A stretch of 64,000 bases of DNA, taken from Ignavibacteria bacterium (lineage in GTDB: Bacteria > Bacteroidota > Ignavibacteria > Tepidaquicellales > OLB5). How positions within the stretch are numbered: position 1 is the first letter of the stretch; each line of letters begins with the position of its first letter. Below the pieces are notes generated by a model. The model did no database searches. It was not told where the DNA came from and worked only from the letters and a program-made list of their open reading frames with translations. The DNA lies in contig JBDTNV010000002.1 of NCBI GenBank assembly GCA_039933555.1, forward strand, positions 1,520 to 65,519. Reading direction: 5' to 3'. Shown here one piece after another: positions 17,505 to 27,600 of the stretch. The translations under genes were made by a program, and so were the position numbers.

Positions 17505-18968
17505 ATGATACAAAGCAAAGCTATAGATATATTAGGGTCTCTGAGCAATAAAGAATTTCAGCAATTCGGAAAATACCTGGATTCATCAGCATTTACATCT
17601 CATAAGAACCTTCCAAAACTTTATAGATTTTTGAAAAAGTATCATCCGGTATTTGATTCTGACTCTTTGACAAAAGAAAGCATTTATAGGGCTGTTTATG
17701 GCAGTTCAGCATACGATGATTCTAAAACAAGAAAGCTTTTGAGCGATATCTATAAGGAGGCGGAAAAATTTATAGTAATTTTGAATGTTTTCTCGCAAAA
17801 AGAAACTTATGATAAGATAATCCTGGAAGAGCTGGATATAAGGAAGCTTGACAGCATATTTATTTCAAAATACGATGAAGTTACAGCATATCTTGATGGC
17901 AGCGAGAAACATTATCAATATTACCTTGATAAATTCCTGGTTGAATGGAAAAACATTATGTTTCATCTTGAAAGAGGAATGCAGCATAAAATTGCACTGA
18001 ATATATATAAACGGACCGAGTACCTTATTTTTTTCTTCTTATCGGATCTCTTCTTATCGCTGAATGATATTGATTCCAACCGCCACGCATATAACATAAT
18101 AAATAAAGTAAACCTCGCAGAATTCTTTATTTCAAACTTAAATGATAAAAAGCTATTAGAATATATCAGACAAAATAAGTTCGAAAACACAGATCTTGTA
18201 TATACATATTATCTTGGTTACCTGGCATTGAAGAATTTTAATGACGAACAAAGCTATTATAACCTGAAAGAATTTGTTCTGAAAAATATTGATTCCTTTC
18301 ACGAAGGCTCTCAAAAGACCTCAGTCATTTTTCTGATCAGTTATTGCACCCGAAAACTAAGACTTCAAAGAACAAGGAAGTTTGAGCTTGAGCTTAACGA
18401 ATGGTATAATCTGTATATAAAATACAAGCTTCATAAAATAAGCGGTGAAAATTATATCAGGAGTGATCTATTCCTTAATATCCTGGCAAATTATTTTGAT
18501 GTAGGGAGAATTTCTGAAGCCGGCAAATTCCTGGAGGATAACATTGAAAGCATTCAGCCAAGCCACAGGAAAAATATGCTTGCAATTGCCAATGCGCTGA
18601 TACAATTTGAAAAAAGAAATTTTGGGGAGTCTTTAAAGCATTCTTCACTTATAAAGTCAAATACATTCCTTTATAAGGATAAAGTGAAACTGCTTATTCT
18701 CAAGAATAATTATGAACTGAAAAATTTCGAGATAGCCAAAGAGCTATCCCATAATTACCGCAATTTCCTCCAGGAAAATAAGAATATTACAGATCTTCAA
18801 AAAGAAAGAGGAACGAAATTCCTGCATTATTATAACATTTTATGGAGAATATTCGATGGTAAGGGTGATAAGATCAGCTTAACGAAACTGAAAGAGGAGA
18901 TAGCGGCTAACAGCAGGTTTAACGAATCTGTTTGGATTCAGGATAAGGTAAATGAATTTACAAAATAA
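17505..18968 (+). CDS. Uncharacterised ~490-aa all-helical cytoplasmic protein, paralog B
   Basis: 487 aa, colinear with 9669..11147 over its full length. Shares a perfect 33-nt stretch with it (17964..17996 = 10152..10184). Confidence 0.85.
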   Translation: MIQSKAIDILGSLSNKEFQQFGKYLDSSAFTSHKNLPKLYRFLKKYHPVFDSDSLTKESIYRAVYGSSAYDDSKTRKLLSDIYKEAEKFIVILNVFSQKETYDKIILEELDIRKLDSIFISKYDEVTAYLDGSEKHYQYYLDKFLVEWKNIMFHLERGMQHKIALNIYKRTEYLIFFFLSDLFLSLNDIDSNRHAYNIINKVNLAEFFISNLNDKKLLEYIRQNKFENTDLVYTYYLGYLALKNFNDEQSYYNLKEFVLKNIDSFHEGSQKTSVIFLISYCTRKLRLQRTRKFELELNEWYNLYIKYKLHKISGENYIRSDLFLNILANYFDVGRISEAGKFLEDNIESIQPSHRKNMLAIANALIQFEKRNFGESLKHSSLIKSNTFLYKDKVKLLILKNNYELKNFEIAKELSHNYRNFLQENKNITDLQKERGTKFLHYYNILWRIFDGKGDKISLTKLKEEIAANSRFNESVWIQDKVNEFTK

Positions 18969-18985
18969 TAGAGTTTTGATTAAAT

Positions 18986-19016
18986 AAAAAACCCCGCAGT
19001 TTCCGGGGTTTTTTAT
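18986..19016. terminator. Bidirectional intrinsic terminator between convergent genes
   Basis: AAAAAACCCCG-cagtttc-CGGGGTTTTTT. Confidence 0.8.
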
Positions 19017-19034
19017 TCTCTAAGATTGTTTTTT

Positions 19035-19745
19035 TTACTCTTCTTTAACAGAGTTACCTACTATTACCCATTCGCCATTCTTATTTGCAGAAAGGTTATA
19101 AGTTACAGTCAGAGTTTTTGTTACCTCGGTATCTTTACCGTCTTTTTTTACTACCTGCGTTTGCTTGACCTTTGACACAACAGTTGCTTTATCATCCTTC
19201 TGGCTCAATACCTTAGGTTCCTCAACAATTGTGAAATTCTTTGTATTCTTATAGCCTGATTTCATTTTATCGACCGGGCGTGAAGGAAAGTACTTATGCG
19301 CCTTCTTCATGTTGCTGTCAAAATTTCCAGATTCGTTTATTCCGCGCTGAATATATTCATAGTAATCTTTAACAGTCGAAGTTGGGTTTTCAAACTTTTT
19401 GGTTATTTCCTTCTGAATCTCTTTTTTCTTTTCTTTCTTTTTTTCAGCTTCAACTTTCTTTACGGAATCTTTCTGCACCTGTGTTATTGTATGAGTATTA
19501 GTTGTCCCGGTATCAGTTGGTGTTGTCTGCTGCATTGAATTATTTTCAACCATACCAAGCTTCTTCTCGCGTTCTTCAAGTTCAATTTCTTTCAGCTTAA
19601 CCCGTGCTTCGCGGTCATTCAGCTCTTTTTCCTTGTCAGCTAATATCTGGAAACTCGTCTTATTTTGCTCTTCGCGCTCTTTGGTACATCCCGTAATGAA
19701 AACTAATATTGCAAGGATTGCTATATATTTAATGTAGTTACTCAT
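19035..19745 (-). CDS. Hypothetical lipoprotein with coiled-coil and Lys/Glu-rich region
   Basis: 236 aa. Leader ..ILAILVFITGC (lipobox), then charged low-complexity sequence ..EAEKKKEKKKEIQKE.. Confidence 0.6.
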   Translation of the reverse strand: MSNYIKYIAILAILVFITGCTKEREEQNKTSFQILADKEKELNDREARVKLKEIELEEREKKLGMVENNSMQQTTPTDTGTTNTHTITQVQKDSVKKVEAEKKKEKKKEIQKEITKKFENPTSTVKDYYEYIQRGINESGNFDSNMKKAHKYFPSRPVDKMKSGYKNTKNFTIVEEPKVLSQKDDKATVVSKVKQTQVVKKDGKDTEVTKTLTVTYNLSANKNGEWVIVGNSVKEE

Positions 19746-19858
19746 AGTTATTAAAATATTGGTTTATATGATTACCTTAACTGTAAATATAACAGCAAAA
19801 TAAAGTAATAGCAACTACAATTACCAAAGAAATAGTTAAAATATTGAAAATAATGGAT

Positions 19859-20641
19859 TTATTGAGATTCGTAAAGTGTTTTGAAATTTTGAAACGCGCT
19901 AAACAGGGCTATGGCTATATCATTTTGTCCTTTATCACTTGAAAGGTACTTTTCATCGTTTATATCGGATAGATACCCGGTTTCCACAAGAACTGAAGGC
20001 ATTGAAGCTCCAAGCGTTACCCAATTCCCCGCCTGGTAAACTCCCCGGGAAATCAATTCAGAGTGATCAAGCATGTTCACTTCTATGATAGATGCAAGAT
20101 ACTCACTGAGCCTGGTATAACCGCTTTGAGCTAAACTTGAAAAAATGAAGTTATCAATTGTATCTCTTCCAAACTGGCTAAAAGCAATCTGGTAATTCTG
20201 TTTCATTGTAAATTCAACTGCTTCAGGAAACCTTTCTTTGTTTAAAAGATATACTTCAAATCCCTGCTTCTCACTTTCTTCCTGCTTCTTGTGATTTGCA
20301 TGTATGCTGATAAAAAGTTTTGCCCTTTGGTTATTTGCTGCAATTGTTCTATCCTTAACCTGCGAGTACTCATCAGTTGTCCTGGAATAAATTACTTTTA
20401 CCTCAGGATACTTTTCTTCTATTAATTTGCCAAGTTTTATTCCAATCGGCAGGACGATATTTTTTTCCTGTACGCCGGTTTTATCGCCGATAGTCCCGGG
20501 GTCTTTACCCCCATGACCGGGATCAATATAAATTACATCAAGCTTTGGCTGCGCCAGCAATGAACAATTAACAACGATCAATGAACAATATATCACAGAT
20601 AGAAATATGTGTGATTTGTATTTAATTATCAAATTGTTCAT
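19859..20641 (-). CDS. N-acetylmuramoyl-L-alanine amidase (Amidase_3 family)
   Basis: 260 aa with ..IDPGHGGKDPGTIG.., ..FISIHAN.. and ..SVLVETGYLSD.. Confidence 0.85.
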   Translation of the reverse strand: MNNLIIKYKSHIFLSVIYCSLIVVNCSLLAQPKLDVIYIDPGHGGKDPGTIGDKTGVQEKNIVLPIGIKLGKLIEEKYPEVKVIYSRTTDEYSQVKDRTIAANNQRAKLFISIHANHKKQEESEKQGFEVYLLNKERFPEAVEFTMKQNYQIAFSQFGRDTIDNFIFSSLAQSGYTRLSEYLASIIEVNMLDHSELISRGVYQAGNWVTLGASMPSVLVETGYLSDINDEKYLSSDKGQNDIAIALFSAFQNFKTLYESQ

Positions 20642-20668
20642 TGCTAATTGCTCATTGTTAATTGAATG

Positions 20669-21166
20669 TTATCTGTAGTTTGTGAATTGAACGGCAAAAT
20701 CAAGATCAGCGCTTTTTACCAGCCCCATTGCTTCCTGTAGCATATCTTTATCCCTGCCTGAAACACGAACCTGCTCATCCTGAATAGCTGCCTGAACCTT
20801 TATTTTTGAATCTTTTATTATCTTTACTATCAGCTTTGCATTCTCTTTACTGATGCCCTGCAGCACTTCAATTATCTGCCTTACCATACTGCCGCCGGCT
20901 TCTTCCTGAGGCTTAAATTGCATAGATTTCAGTGGAATCCCCCGCTTGACAAACTTATTCTGAAGCATATCAACAATTGCTTTCGATTTATAGTCATCAT
21001 CAGCCAGTATTGTTATAGTTTTATCTTTTTGAGAATACTCAATTGTGCTTTTAGATCCCTTAAAGTCATACCTTGAAAGAATCTCTTTTCTTGTCTGGTT
21101 GATTGCATTATCAACTTCCTGCCAGTCAATTTCTGAAACTATATCAAATGAATATGTATCTGCCAT
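20669..21166 (-). CDS. yajQ: YajQ family nucleotide-binding protein (UPF0234)
   Basis: 165 aa. N-terminus ..YSFDIVSEIDWQEVDNAINQTRKEILSRYDFKG.. is the YajQ signature. Confidence 0.85.
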   Translation of the reverse strand: MADTYSFDIVSEIDWQEVDNAINQTRKEILSRYDFKGSKSTIEYSQKDKTITILADDDYKSKAIVDMLQNKFVKRGIPLKSMQFKPQEEAGGSMVRQIIEVLQGISKENAKLIVKIIKDSKIKVQAAIQDEQVRVSGRDKDMLQEAMGLVKSADLDFAVQFTNYR

Positions 21167-21187
21167 GATATTATTGTATTAATTTAG

Positions 21188-21628
21188 TTATTTACCATTT
21201 TTAGAAAAAACTGTACTTGCTTCAAGCCCTGATATTTCAAGTATTGCATTCCATACTTTTTCAGGAACCGGCTGAACTGACAGCCTTCCTTCGGTAACAA
21301 TTCTGGAATCAAATGTGCGCTTATCTTTTTTGATCTCTTCAAGAGTAACAGGGTTAGGAAGCCTGCGTCTTGGCTTAATATCAAAAATGAATATTTTGGG
21401 GTTACCAGCTTTGGGGTCAACATACGGATCAGTTGTTATTTCACATATTCCGACAACCTGCTTTTCTTTACCTGTATGATAGATAAAAGCAACATCACCC
21501 TTCCGTGCAGTTTTGATCTGGAACAGCCCGCCCGGACTTGTAACGCCATCCCAAACAGCCTTTTTATCACGCTCCAAGTCAGAGTATGAATAAACTGTTG
21601 GTTCTGTTTTAAATAAATAGTATGCCAT
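21188..21628 (-). CDS. EVE (PUA-like) domain protein
   Basis: 146 aa with MAYYLFKTEPTVYSYSDLERDKKAVWDGV.. and ..GDVAFIYHTG.. Confidence 0.8.
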   Translation of the reverse strand: MAYYLFKTEPTVYSYSDLERDKKAVWDGVTSPGGLFQIKTARKGDVAFIYHTGKEKQVVGICEITTDPYVDPKAGNPKIFIFDIKPRRRLPNPVTLEEIKKDKRTFDSRIVTEGRLSVQPVPEKVWNAILEISGLEASTVFSKNGK

Positions 21629-21639
21629 AGTTCAAATAT

Positions 21640-21663
21640 CAAATAATAAATATCAAATAACAA
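21640..21663. repeat. Left arm of a perfect 24-nt inverted repeat flanking the four-helix-bundle gene
   Basis: CAAATAATAAATATCAAATAACAA. The exact reverse complement is at 22098..22121. Built from two tandem AAATATCAAATAA units. Confidence 0.85.
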
Positions 21664-21673
21664 CTTTTATTTT

Positions 21674-22057
21674 TTATTTCGGATTTTTTTTGCTTTTCTT
21701 CTTAATTCTGGTAGTATCTATAATTGAATATGATATTTTGCATAACTCATCACAATCCAATAACAATGAATCAAATAATTTTTTCTCAATATAATCTGCT
21801 GCATGTAATAATTTAAGCCAATATTTAGTTTCTCTGGCTTCTTTATATGCTGTCGAAACTTTATTTGAAAAATCAGCATCACTAATACCGCCATGAGCTT
21901 CTTCTGCATTAGCCCCAATTGATGTTCCACATCTTAAAATTTGCTTTGATAAAACATACTCTTTGTTTTCTTTACACAAATATTGGTATAACCTGATAAT
22001 TCTAATGGCAAACACAAAAGATTTGTCAAGTAATGCATTTTCTCCGCTTATATTCAT
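21674..22057 (-). CDS. Four-helix-bundle protein (23S rRNA intervening-sequence protein / Avd-like family)
   Basis: 127 aa with ..FVFAIRIIRLYQYL.., ..LSKQILRCGTSIGANAEEA.., ..DFSNKVSTAYKEARETKYWLKLL.. Confidence 0.8.
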   Translation of the reverse strand: MNISGENALLDKSFVFAIRIIRLYQYLCKENKEYVLSKQILRCGTSIGANAEEAHGGISDADFSNKVSTAYKEARETKYWLKLLHAADYIEKKLFDSLLLDCDELCKISYSIIDTTRIKKKSKKNPK

Positions 22058-22097
22058 TTCTATAATATTAAGAATTTATAAATTTGATTTATAATAT

Positions 22098-22121
22098 TTG
22101 TTATTTGATATTTATTATTTG
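22098..22121. repeat. Right arm of the 24-nt inverted repeat
   Basis: TTGTTATTTGATATTTATTATTTG. Abuts the helicase stop codon (22122..22124) with no spacer. Confidence 0.85.
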
Positions 22122-24341
22122 TTATTTAATCGTCAGATTCGCATATTTCAAAATAATATTCTTCACCCCAACTTTATCAAAATGAATAGAAGCCTTCTTC
22201 GCATCGCCTCTGCCGGTTACATCTAAAACCCTGCCATTGCCAAAATTGTTATGGAATACCGAGCTGCCCTTTTTAACTCCCACATCCTCACGGAAAATAT
22301 CATTAAGCACATCATCACTGGATTTATTTTTGTAATACTCATATTTAATTGAGCTCCCCTCTTCCTGATGAGAGCGGCTCTTATGTCTTGTCATGGCAGT
22401 ACTCTTAACATAATTAAGCTTGCCTGTATCGATCTCATTCAAAAATCTTGATTTCATCTGGTAGCTCACGTTACCAAAACGGTATCTTTGCAATGCATAA
22501 GTCATATACAGCTTCTGCATAGCTCTTGTAATAGCCACATAGAATAGCCTCCGCTCTTCTTCCATTTCTTCCTGCTCGAGCATAGAGCTTGAAAGCGGAA
22601 ATATTCCGTCTTCAAGTCCCGTAATAAACACAACAGGATACTCAAGTCCCTTTGATGAATGTGTTGTCATTAAAGTCACAGCATTTTTCTCGTCATCATA
22701 TTTATCAAGGTCAGTAACTAAGCTCACTTCCTGCAGAAACCCTTCAAGTGTTGCGCCTTCAGTATTATCGGTGTATTCTGAAATACCCGAGAGCAATTCC
22801 TGCACATTGTACATTCTATCCATGGATTCATCGGTACCGTCATTTCTTAATTCCCGTAGTATTCCAATTTCGTCAACAATACTTCTTGCAAGCTCACTGG
22901 GAGAAAGACCCTCTTTCACTTCGTTATACTTTTTGATGATCTCAGCGACCCTTATGAGCTCATTTTCTATCTTGGTTTTTCTTTTTTGTTTTTCTTCAGC
23001 GCCGGATTCCTTATCTTCAAGCATTGCAAGCAGTACTTCAGCAATTGATTTTGCAATTTCCCTCGCCATATTCCTTATCTTCTCAACTGTCTGCTCTCCG
23101 ATACCTTCTCTCAGCTTAAGAATCCTTATCATAGCCTCATCATCCTTTGGATTAACCAGAACCTTAAGGTAAGCAAGAACATCCTTGATCTCTTTCCGCT
23201 GGTAGAATTTTACACCTCCTACTATTACATATGGAATAGAATTAGTCCTGAGTGCATCTTCAATTACTCTTGACTGAGCGTTAGTACGGTATAATACAAC
23301 GAAATCCTTGAAATTCAGCTTCCTGTTCTGAATTTCGTGCAGTATCCACTTAACGATCATCATACCTTCATCACGGTCACTGAATACTTCCGTCAATGTA
23401 ACCTTCTCGCCTTCTTCATTATCAGTGAACAGTGTCTTCTTTATTTGCCGTTTATTGTTCTTTATTACTTCATCAGCAAGCAAGAGTATACTTTTTGTGG
23501 AGCGGTAATTCTGTTCAAGCTTAAACACATTGGTCTTTTCAAAATCAGATTCAAACTTCAGGATGTTTTCAATCTCCGCTCCGCGCCACCTGTAAATACT
23601 TTGCGCATCATCCCCCACTACTGAAATATTCCCATGACCTTCGGCAAGCATCTTCACAATTTCATACTGTGCTTTATTTGTATCCTGGTATTCATCAACT
23701 AAGATGAACTTAAAGCGGTTCTGGTATTTTTGAAGTACATCCGGATTTGTGCGGAATAAAATTATTGGATTGATAAGCAGGTCATCAAAATCCATGGCAT
23801 TATTCTTTATCAGCCTGTTCTGGTATTCCCTGTAGACAGGAAGGGCAATTCTTTCAAATGGATTTGTAACAGCTGGAATTTCATCTGGAAGGATCAATTT
23901 ATTTTTCCAGTTCTTGATATAATTATTCACTGCCCTTGGTTTCGGATTATCGGTTGGAAAGCCAAGCTCCTTCATGACGGATTCAACAAGTTTTTCTGAA
24001 TCATCGTCATCATATATAGTAAAGTTTCGGTCAAACCCGATATGCTGTGCTTCAATCCTCAAGATCTTTGCAAAAACAGAATGGAAAGTACCCATCCATA
24101 TACTTTCTGCTGATGCGCCGACTAACTTATGAATTCGCTGCTTCATTTCGTTTGCCGCTTTATTTGTAAAGGTAAGCGCAAGCATCTCAAACGGGTTGAT
24201 ACCTGATTCAATCAAAAAAGCTATTTTATATGTTAAAACCCTTGTTTTTCCGCTGCCGGCACCAGCAACAATCATGCACGGCCCCTCTATTTGTTCAACA
24301 GCTTTCCTTTGCTCTAAATTGAGTTCGTTTACTAAGTCCAA
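22122..24341 (-). CDS. UvrD/PcrA/Rep-family ATP-dependent DNA helicase
   Basis: 739 aa with ..LNLEQRKAVEQIEGPCMIVAGAGSGKTRVLTYKIAFL.., ..ILVDEYQDTN.., ..VGDDAQSIYRWRGA.. and ..TTHSSKGLEYPVVF.. Confidence 0.9.
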   Translation of the reverse strand: MDLVNELNLEQRKAVEQIEGPCMIVAGAGSGKTRVLTYKIAFLIESGINPFEMLALTFTNKAANEMKQRIHKLVGASAESIWMGTFHSVFAKILRIEAQHIGFDRNFTIYDDDDSEKLVESVMKELGFPTDNPKPRAVNNYIKNWKNKLILPDEIPAVTNPFERIALPVYREYQNRLIKNNAMDFDDLLINPIILFRTNPDVLQKYQNRFKFILVDEYQDTNKAQYEIVKMLAEGHGNISVVGDDAQSIYRWRGAEIENILKFESDFEKTNVFKLEQNYRSTKSILLLADEVIKNNKRQIKKTLFTDNEEGEKVTLTEVFSDRDEGMMIVKWILHEIQNRKLNFKDFVVLYRTNAQSRVIEDALRTNSIPYVIVGGVKFYQRKEIKDVLAYLKVLVNPKDDEAMIRILKLREGIGEQTVEKIRNMAREIAKSIAEVLLAMLEDKESGAEEKQKRKTKIENELIRVAEIIKKYNEVKEGLSPSELARSIVDEIGILRELRNDGTDESMDRMYNVQELLSGISEYTDNTEGATLEGFLQEVSLVTDLDKYDDEKNAVTLMTTHSSKGLEYPVVFITGLEDGIFPLSSSMLEQEEMEEERRLFYVAITRAMQKLYMTYALQRYRFGNVSYQMKSRFLNEIDTGKLNYVKSTAMTRHKSRSHQEEGSSIKYEYYKNKSSDDVLNDIFREDVGVKKGSSVFHNNFGNGRVLDVTGRGDAKKASIHFDKVGVKNIILKYANLTIK

Positions 24342-24654
24342 TTACTTTATATGATTTTTAATGATTCTGACAGGAAATTTTACAAAGATAACCCTTATCA
24401 GCCCTTAAATCAATTGAATAGCAATAATTGCAATTTTTCTCTGTTTTCCGGTATAAATGCTCTTTCAAAAAATGACATATATCATAGATTAATATGAATA
24501 TTATATTTAATTTTGAGTTGTATTTCGGCTGTATTTATGATAAAAATCAAATGATAACGTATAATAATCCGCTTAAAAAATTACATCACCCTTCTAAGTG
24601 CTTTCTAATGAAAAATTACAAAATTACAAATCCATTAAAGGAGTTCAACAATTA

Positions 24655-27600
24655 ATGAATGATCTCGAACTTAAGCATGGCTTAAAATTTGAAGACCTGT
24701 TTGAATCATCAAAGTTAAAAGAGCTTACAGAAAAATTCTACTCTTTCTACAGTAAAGCAGATGCAGCATCTTTTGAAAAATTTGCAAAATACCGCGATAC
24801 AAAAGGCGAAGGTTTTGCGGAAATTGAAACATCTAATATAGTAATTGAATCAGCCAGGTTTCTGGATGATTTTATCGTTGATCTCTTTGGGATCAGCGCA
24901 GAGGCTGAAGGATTAAAACTTGCAAATATAACAGAGCGTGAAATACTTAAGGTCAGAAGCGACTTTATGATAAAGCGTGTTATAAAAAAATACAAGCCGG
25001 CCGATCTTGCCGCTATGAATTTTGAAGAGCTGAACAATAAAACTGACGTATTAAAAGAAAAACTATTCCCGGCCCTGCCATGGAAATCGGATGAAGAAAA
25101 TTCAACCGCAGCTATGATTAGGGATATGGAGCATCTTGAGCAGCACTTTAAGAATCACCTTGAAGTAATGCCAAACGGTTTTGAGTTTGATAATAAACTA
25201 CTTGGCAAAGCAAATGATTATTTTACTCTCGCCGCTTCTGCTGATGGCGTTAAAGACCTTACCGATAATATTGAGATAAAAGCTTACAAAAATACTGCCG
25301 GTACTGATGAAGAGAAAAGGCTTTATGAATTTCTTAAGAATTCTGTTGAGCTTATCCAGAAGTGGTGCTATGCCAGAATGTATGACCAAAAGCAAAAACA
25401 TGCTATTAAGGATTGGGTGCTTTACAAACAGCCAATGAATCTGGATTACAATGATCTTGTTCATAACAAAGTTGAAACCCCGGGATTACCCGAGAAAATT
25501 TACGGAGAAGAAGAGACTTTAAGAAGACGTGACGGCTTTAAGCTTACAGATAAAAGGTATAACAACCGCGAGGTAATGAGCGAAGTTGAATACTGTGTAT
25601 TCTGTCATGAAAGGAATAAAGATTCCTGCTCAAAAGGTATGCATGAAAAAGACGGCAAGGTAAAGCGTAACCCGCTCGGAATTCCGCTTAACGGCTGCCC
25701 GCTTGATGAGAAGATTTCTGAAATGCATCTTCTCAAATATGAAGGCCGCTCAATAGGTGCTGTTAGTATTATCATGATAGATAACCCCATGTGCCCGGGC
25801 ACAGGCCACAGAATATGTAACGACTGTATGAAAGCTTGTATATACCAGAAACAGGAGCCTGTTAATATTCCGCAGATCGAAACGCGGGCATTAACAGATG
25901 TATTATACCTGCCATGGGGATTTGAAATTTACTCACTCTTAACAAGGTGGAACCCAATCAATGTAAAAAGACCGTATGAGCTTCCATACAACGGGAAGAA
26001 TGTTATGGTCGTTGGAATGGGTCCGGCAGGTTATACACTATCGCAGTATCTTTTGAATGAAGGCTTTGGTGTTGTTGGTGTAGATGGCCTGAAAATTGAA
26101 CACGTTCACCCGGATATCACGGGAGGCAGGGATTCAAAAGGTAATTACATACAGCCCAAGCCGGTATACAGCTATAAAGAAATTCAGGATGAGCTTGATA
26201 AAAGAATATTCCTCGGCTTTGGTGGTGTATCGGAGTACGGTATTACTGTAAGATGGGATAAGAACTTCCTCAAAGTTGAATATTTAACCCTGGCACGCAG
26301 AAAACACTTCAAAGTTTATGACGGAATAAGGTTTGGCGGAACAATAGAAATTGATGACGCATGGCGTTTAGGGATCGACCACATTGCAATAGCAACAGGA
26401 GCAGGAAAGCCTACTATAGTTAAGATGAAGAATAATCTTATCCGCGGAATTCGCAAAGCATCAGATTTCCTGATGGCTTTGCAGCTTACCGGCGCAGCCA
26501 AAAAGGATTCACTGGCTAACTTAATGCTTCAGCTCCCGGCTGTCGTAATTGGCGGCGGGCTGACTGCTATTGATACAACAACAGAGGCGTTTGCATATTA
26601 CCCAATACAGGTAGAAAAGTTTCTGGATAGATACGAAGAATCAGTTAAAGATTTTGGTGAAGAAAAAGTATTCAGTATGTATGATGACGAAGAAAAGGGA
26701 ATTGCAAATACATTTATAGAGCATGGCAAAGCTATCCGCGCTGAAAGAAAGCGCGCCGCGGCCGCAGGCGAAGAGCCGGATTTTGTTCCCCTGGTGAGAA
26801 AGTGGGGCGGCGTTACTCTTTGTTATAGAAAGACTGTTAATGATTCACCTGCTTACAGGCTTAACCATGAAGAAGTAATAAAATCACTTGAAGAAGGAAT
26901 ATATTACTGGGAGAAAATGAGCCCAATAGAAGCTATTCCAAATGAATTTGGCGCAGTAAAGGAAATGATATTCCGCAAACAGGGAAAAACCGAAGAAGGT
27001 AAGTATATTGATCTTGATGAGACTGTAACAATTCCGGCTAAGACAGTTATTGTCGCCGCTGGTACATCACCAAATGTAATTTATGAGCGTGAGCATCCCG
27101 GAACATTTGAACTTGATGAATGGAAACAATTCTTCCAGACCTATAAGCTGGGAGCAAACGGTGAGCTTATAAAAGCTGAAAAGAATGAAACAGGTTTCTT
27201 TACATCATATAATGAAAATGGGAAATATGTTTCTGTTTACGGTGATAATCACCCGCGCTATGCAGGTAATGTTGTTAAGGCTATGGCATCAGCAAAAGAT
27301 GGTTTCAAGGAAATGATAAAAATATTCCCGGGTGTGATTAAGGAAGATCAGCCTAAGGAACTGGAAGGAAAGTACCAGGAGCTTGTTACAAAGCTTGACA
27401 GCGAATTCTTAGCGGTTGTTGAAGCTATAAATATCCTAACACCTACTATAGTAGAAGTAGTTTTAAAAGCACCGCTGCAGGCAAGAAAATTTCACCCCGG
27501 TCAGTTCTACAGACTGCAGAATTATGAAACTACATCACCGAATATTGACGGCTCGCAAATGATGATGGAAGGACTTGCGTTAACCGGCGCATGGGTCGAT

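Noticed and set aside
20629-20668. Tandem 13-14-nt duplication (AATTAACAATGAG / AATTAGCAATGAA on the minus strand) at the amidase start
   Set aside because: It is a simple local duplication of the initiation region. The upstream ATG copy runs into a stop after 3 codons, and no further significance is evident.
21674-22057. Possibility that the Avd-like four-helix-bundle gene marks a diversity-generating retroelement
   Set aside because: No reverse transcriptase ORF occurs anywhere in the window, and I saw no template/variable repeat pair nearby. The inverted-repeat cassette explanation fits what is actually visible.
20669-24341. UvrD-family helicase + Avd-like + EVE-domain + YajQ as a possible anti-phage defence island
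   Set aside because: The helicase has full-length housekeeping PcrA/UvrD motifs. No nuclease, methylase, toxin or other defence-associated partner is present. The neighbours (amidase, yajQ) are housekeeping genes. The grouping looks incidental apart from the cassette insertion.
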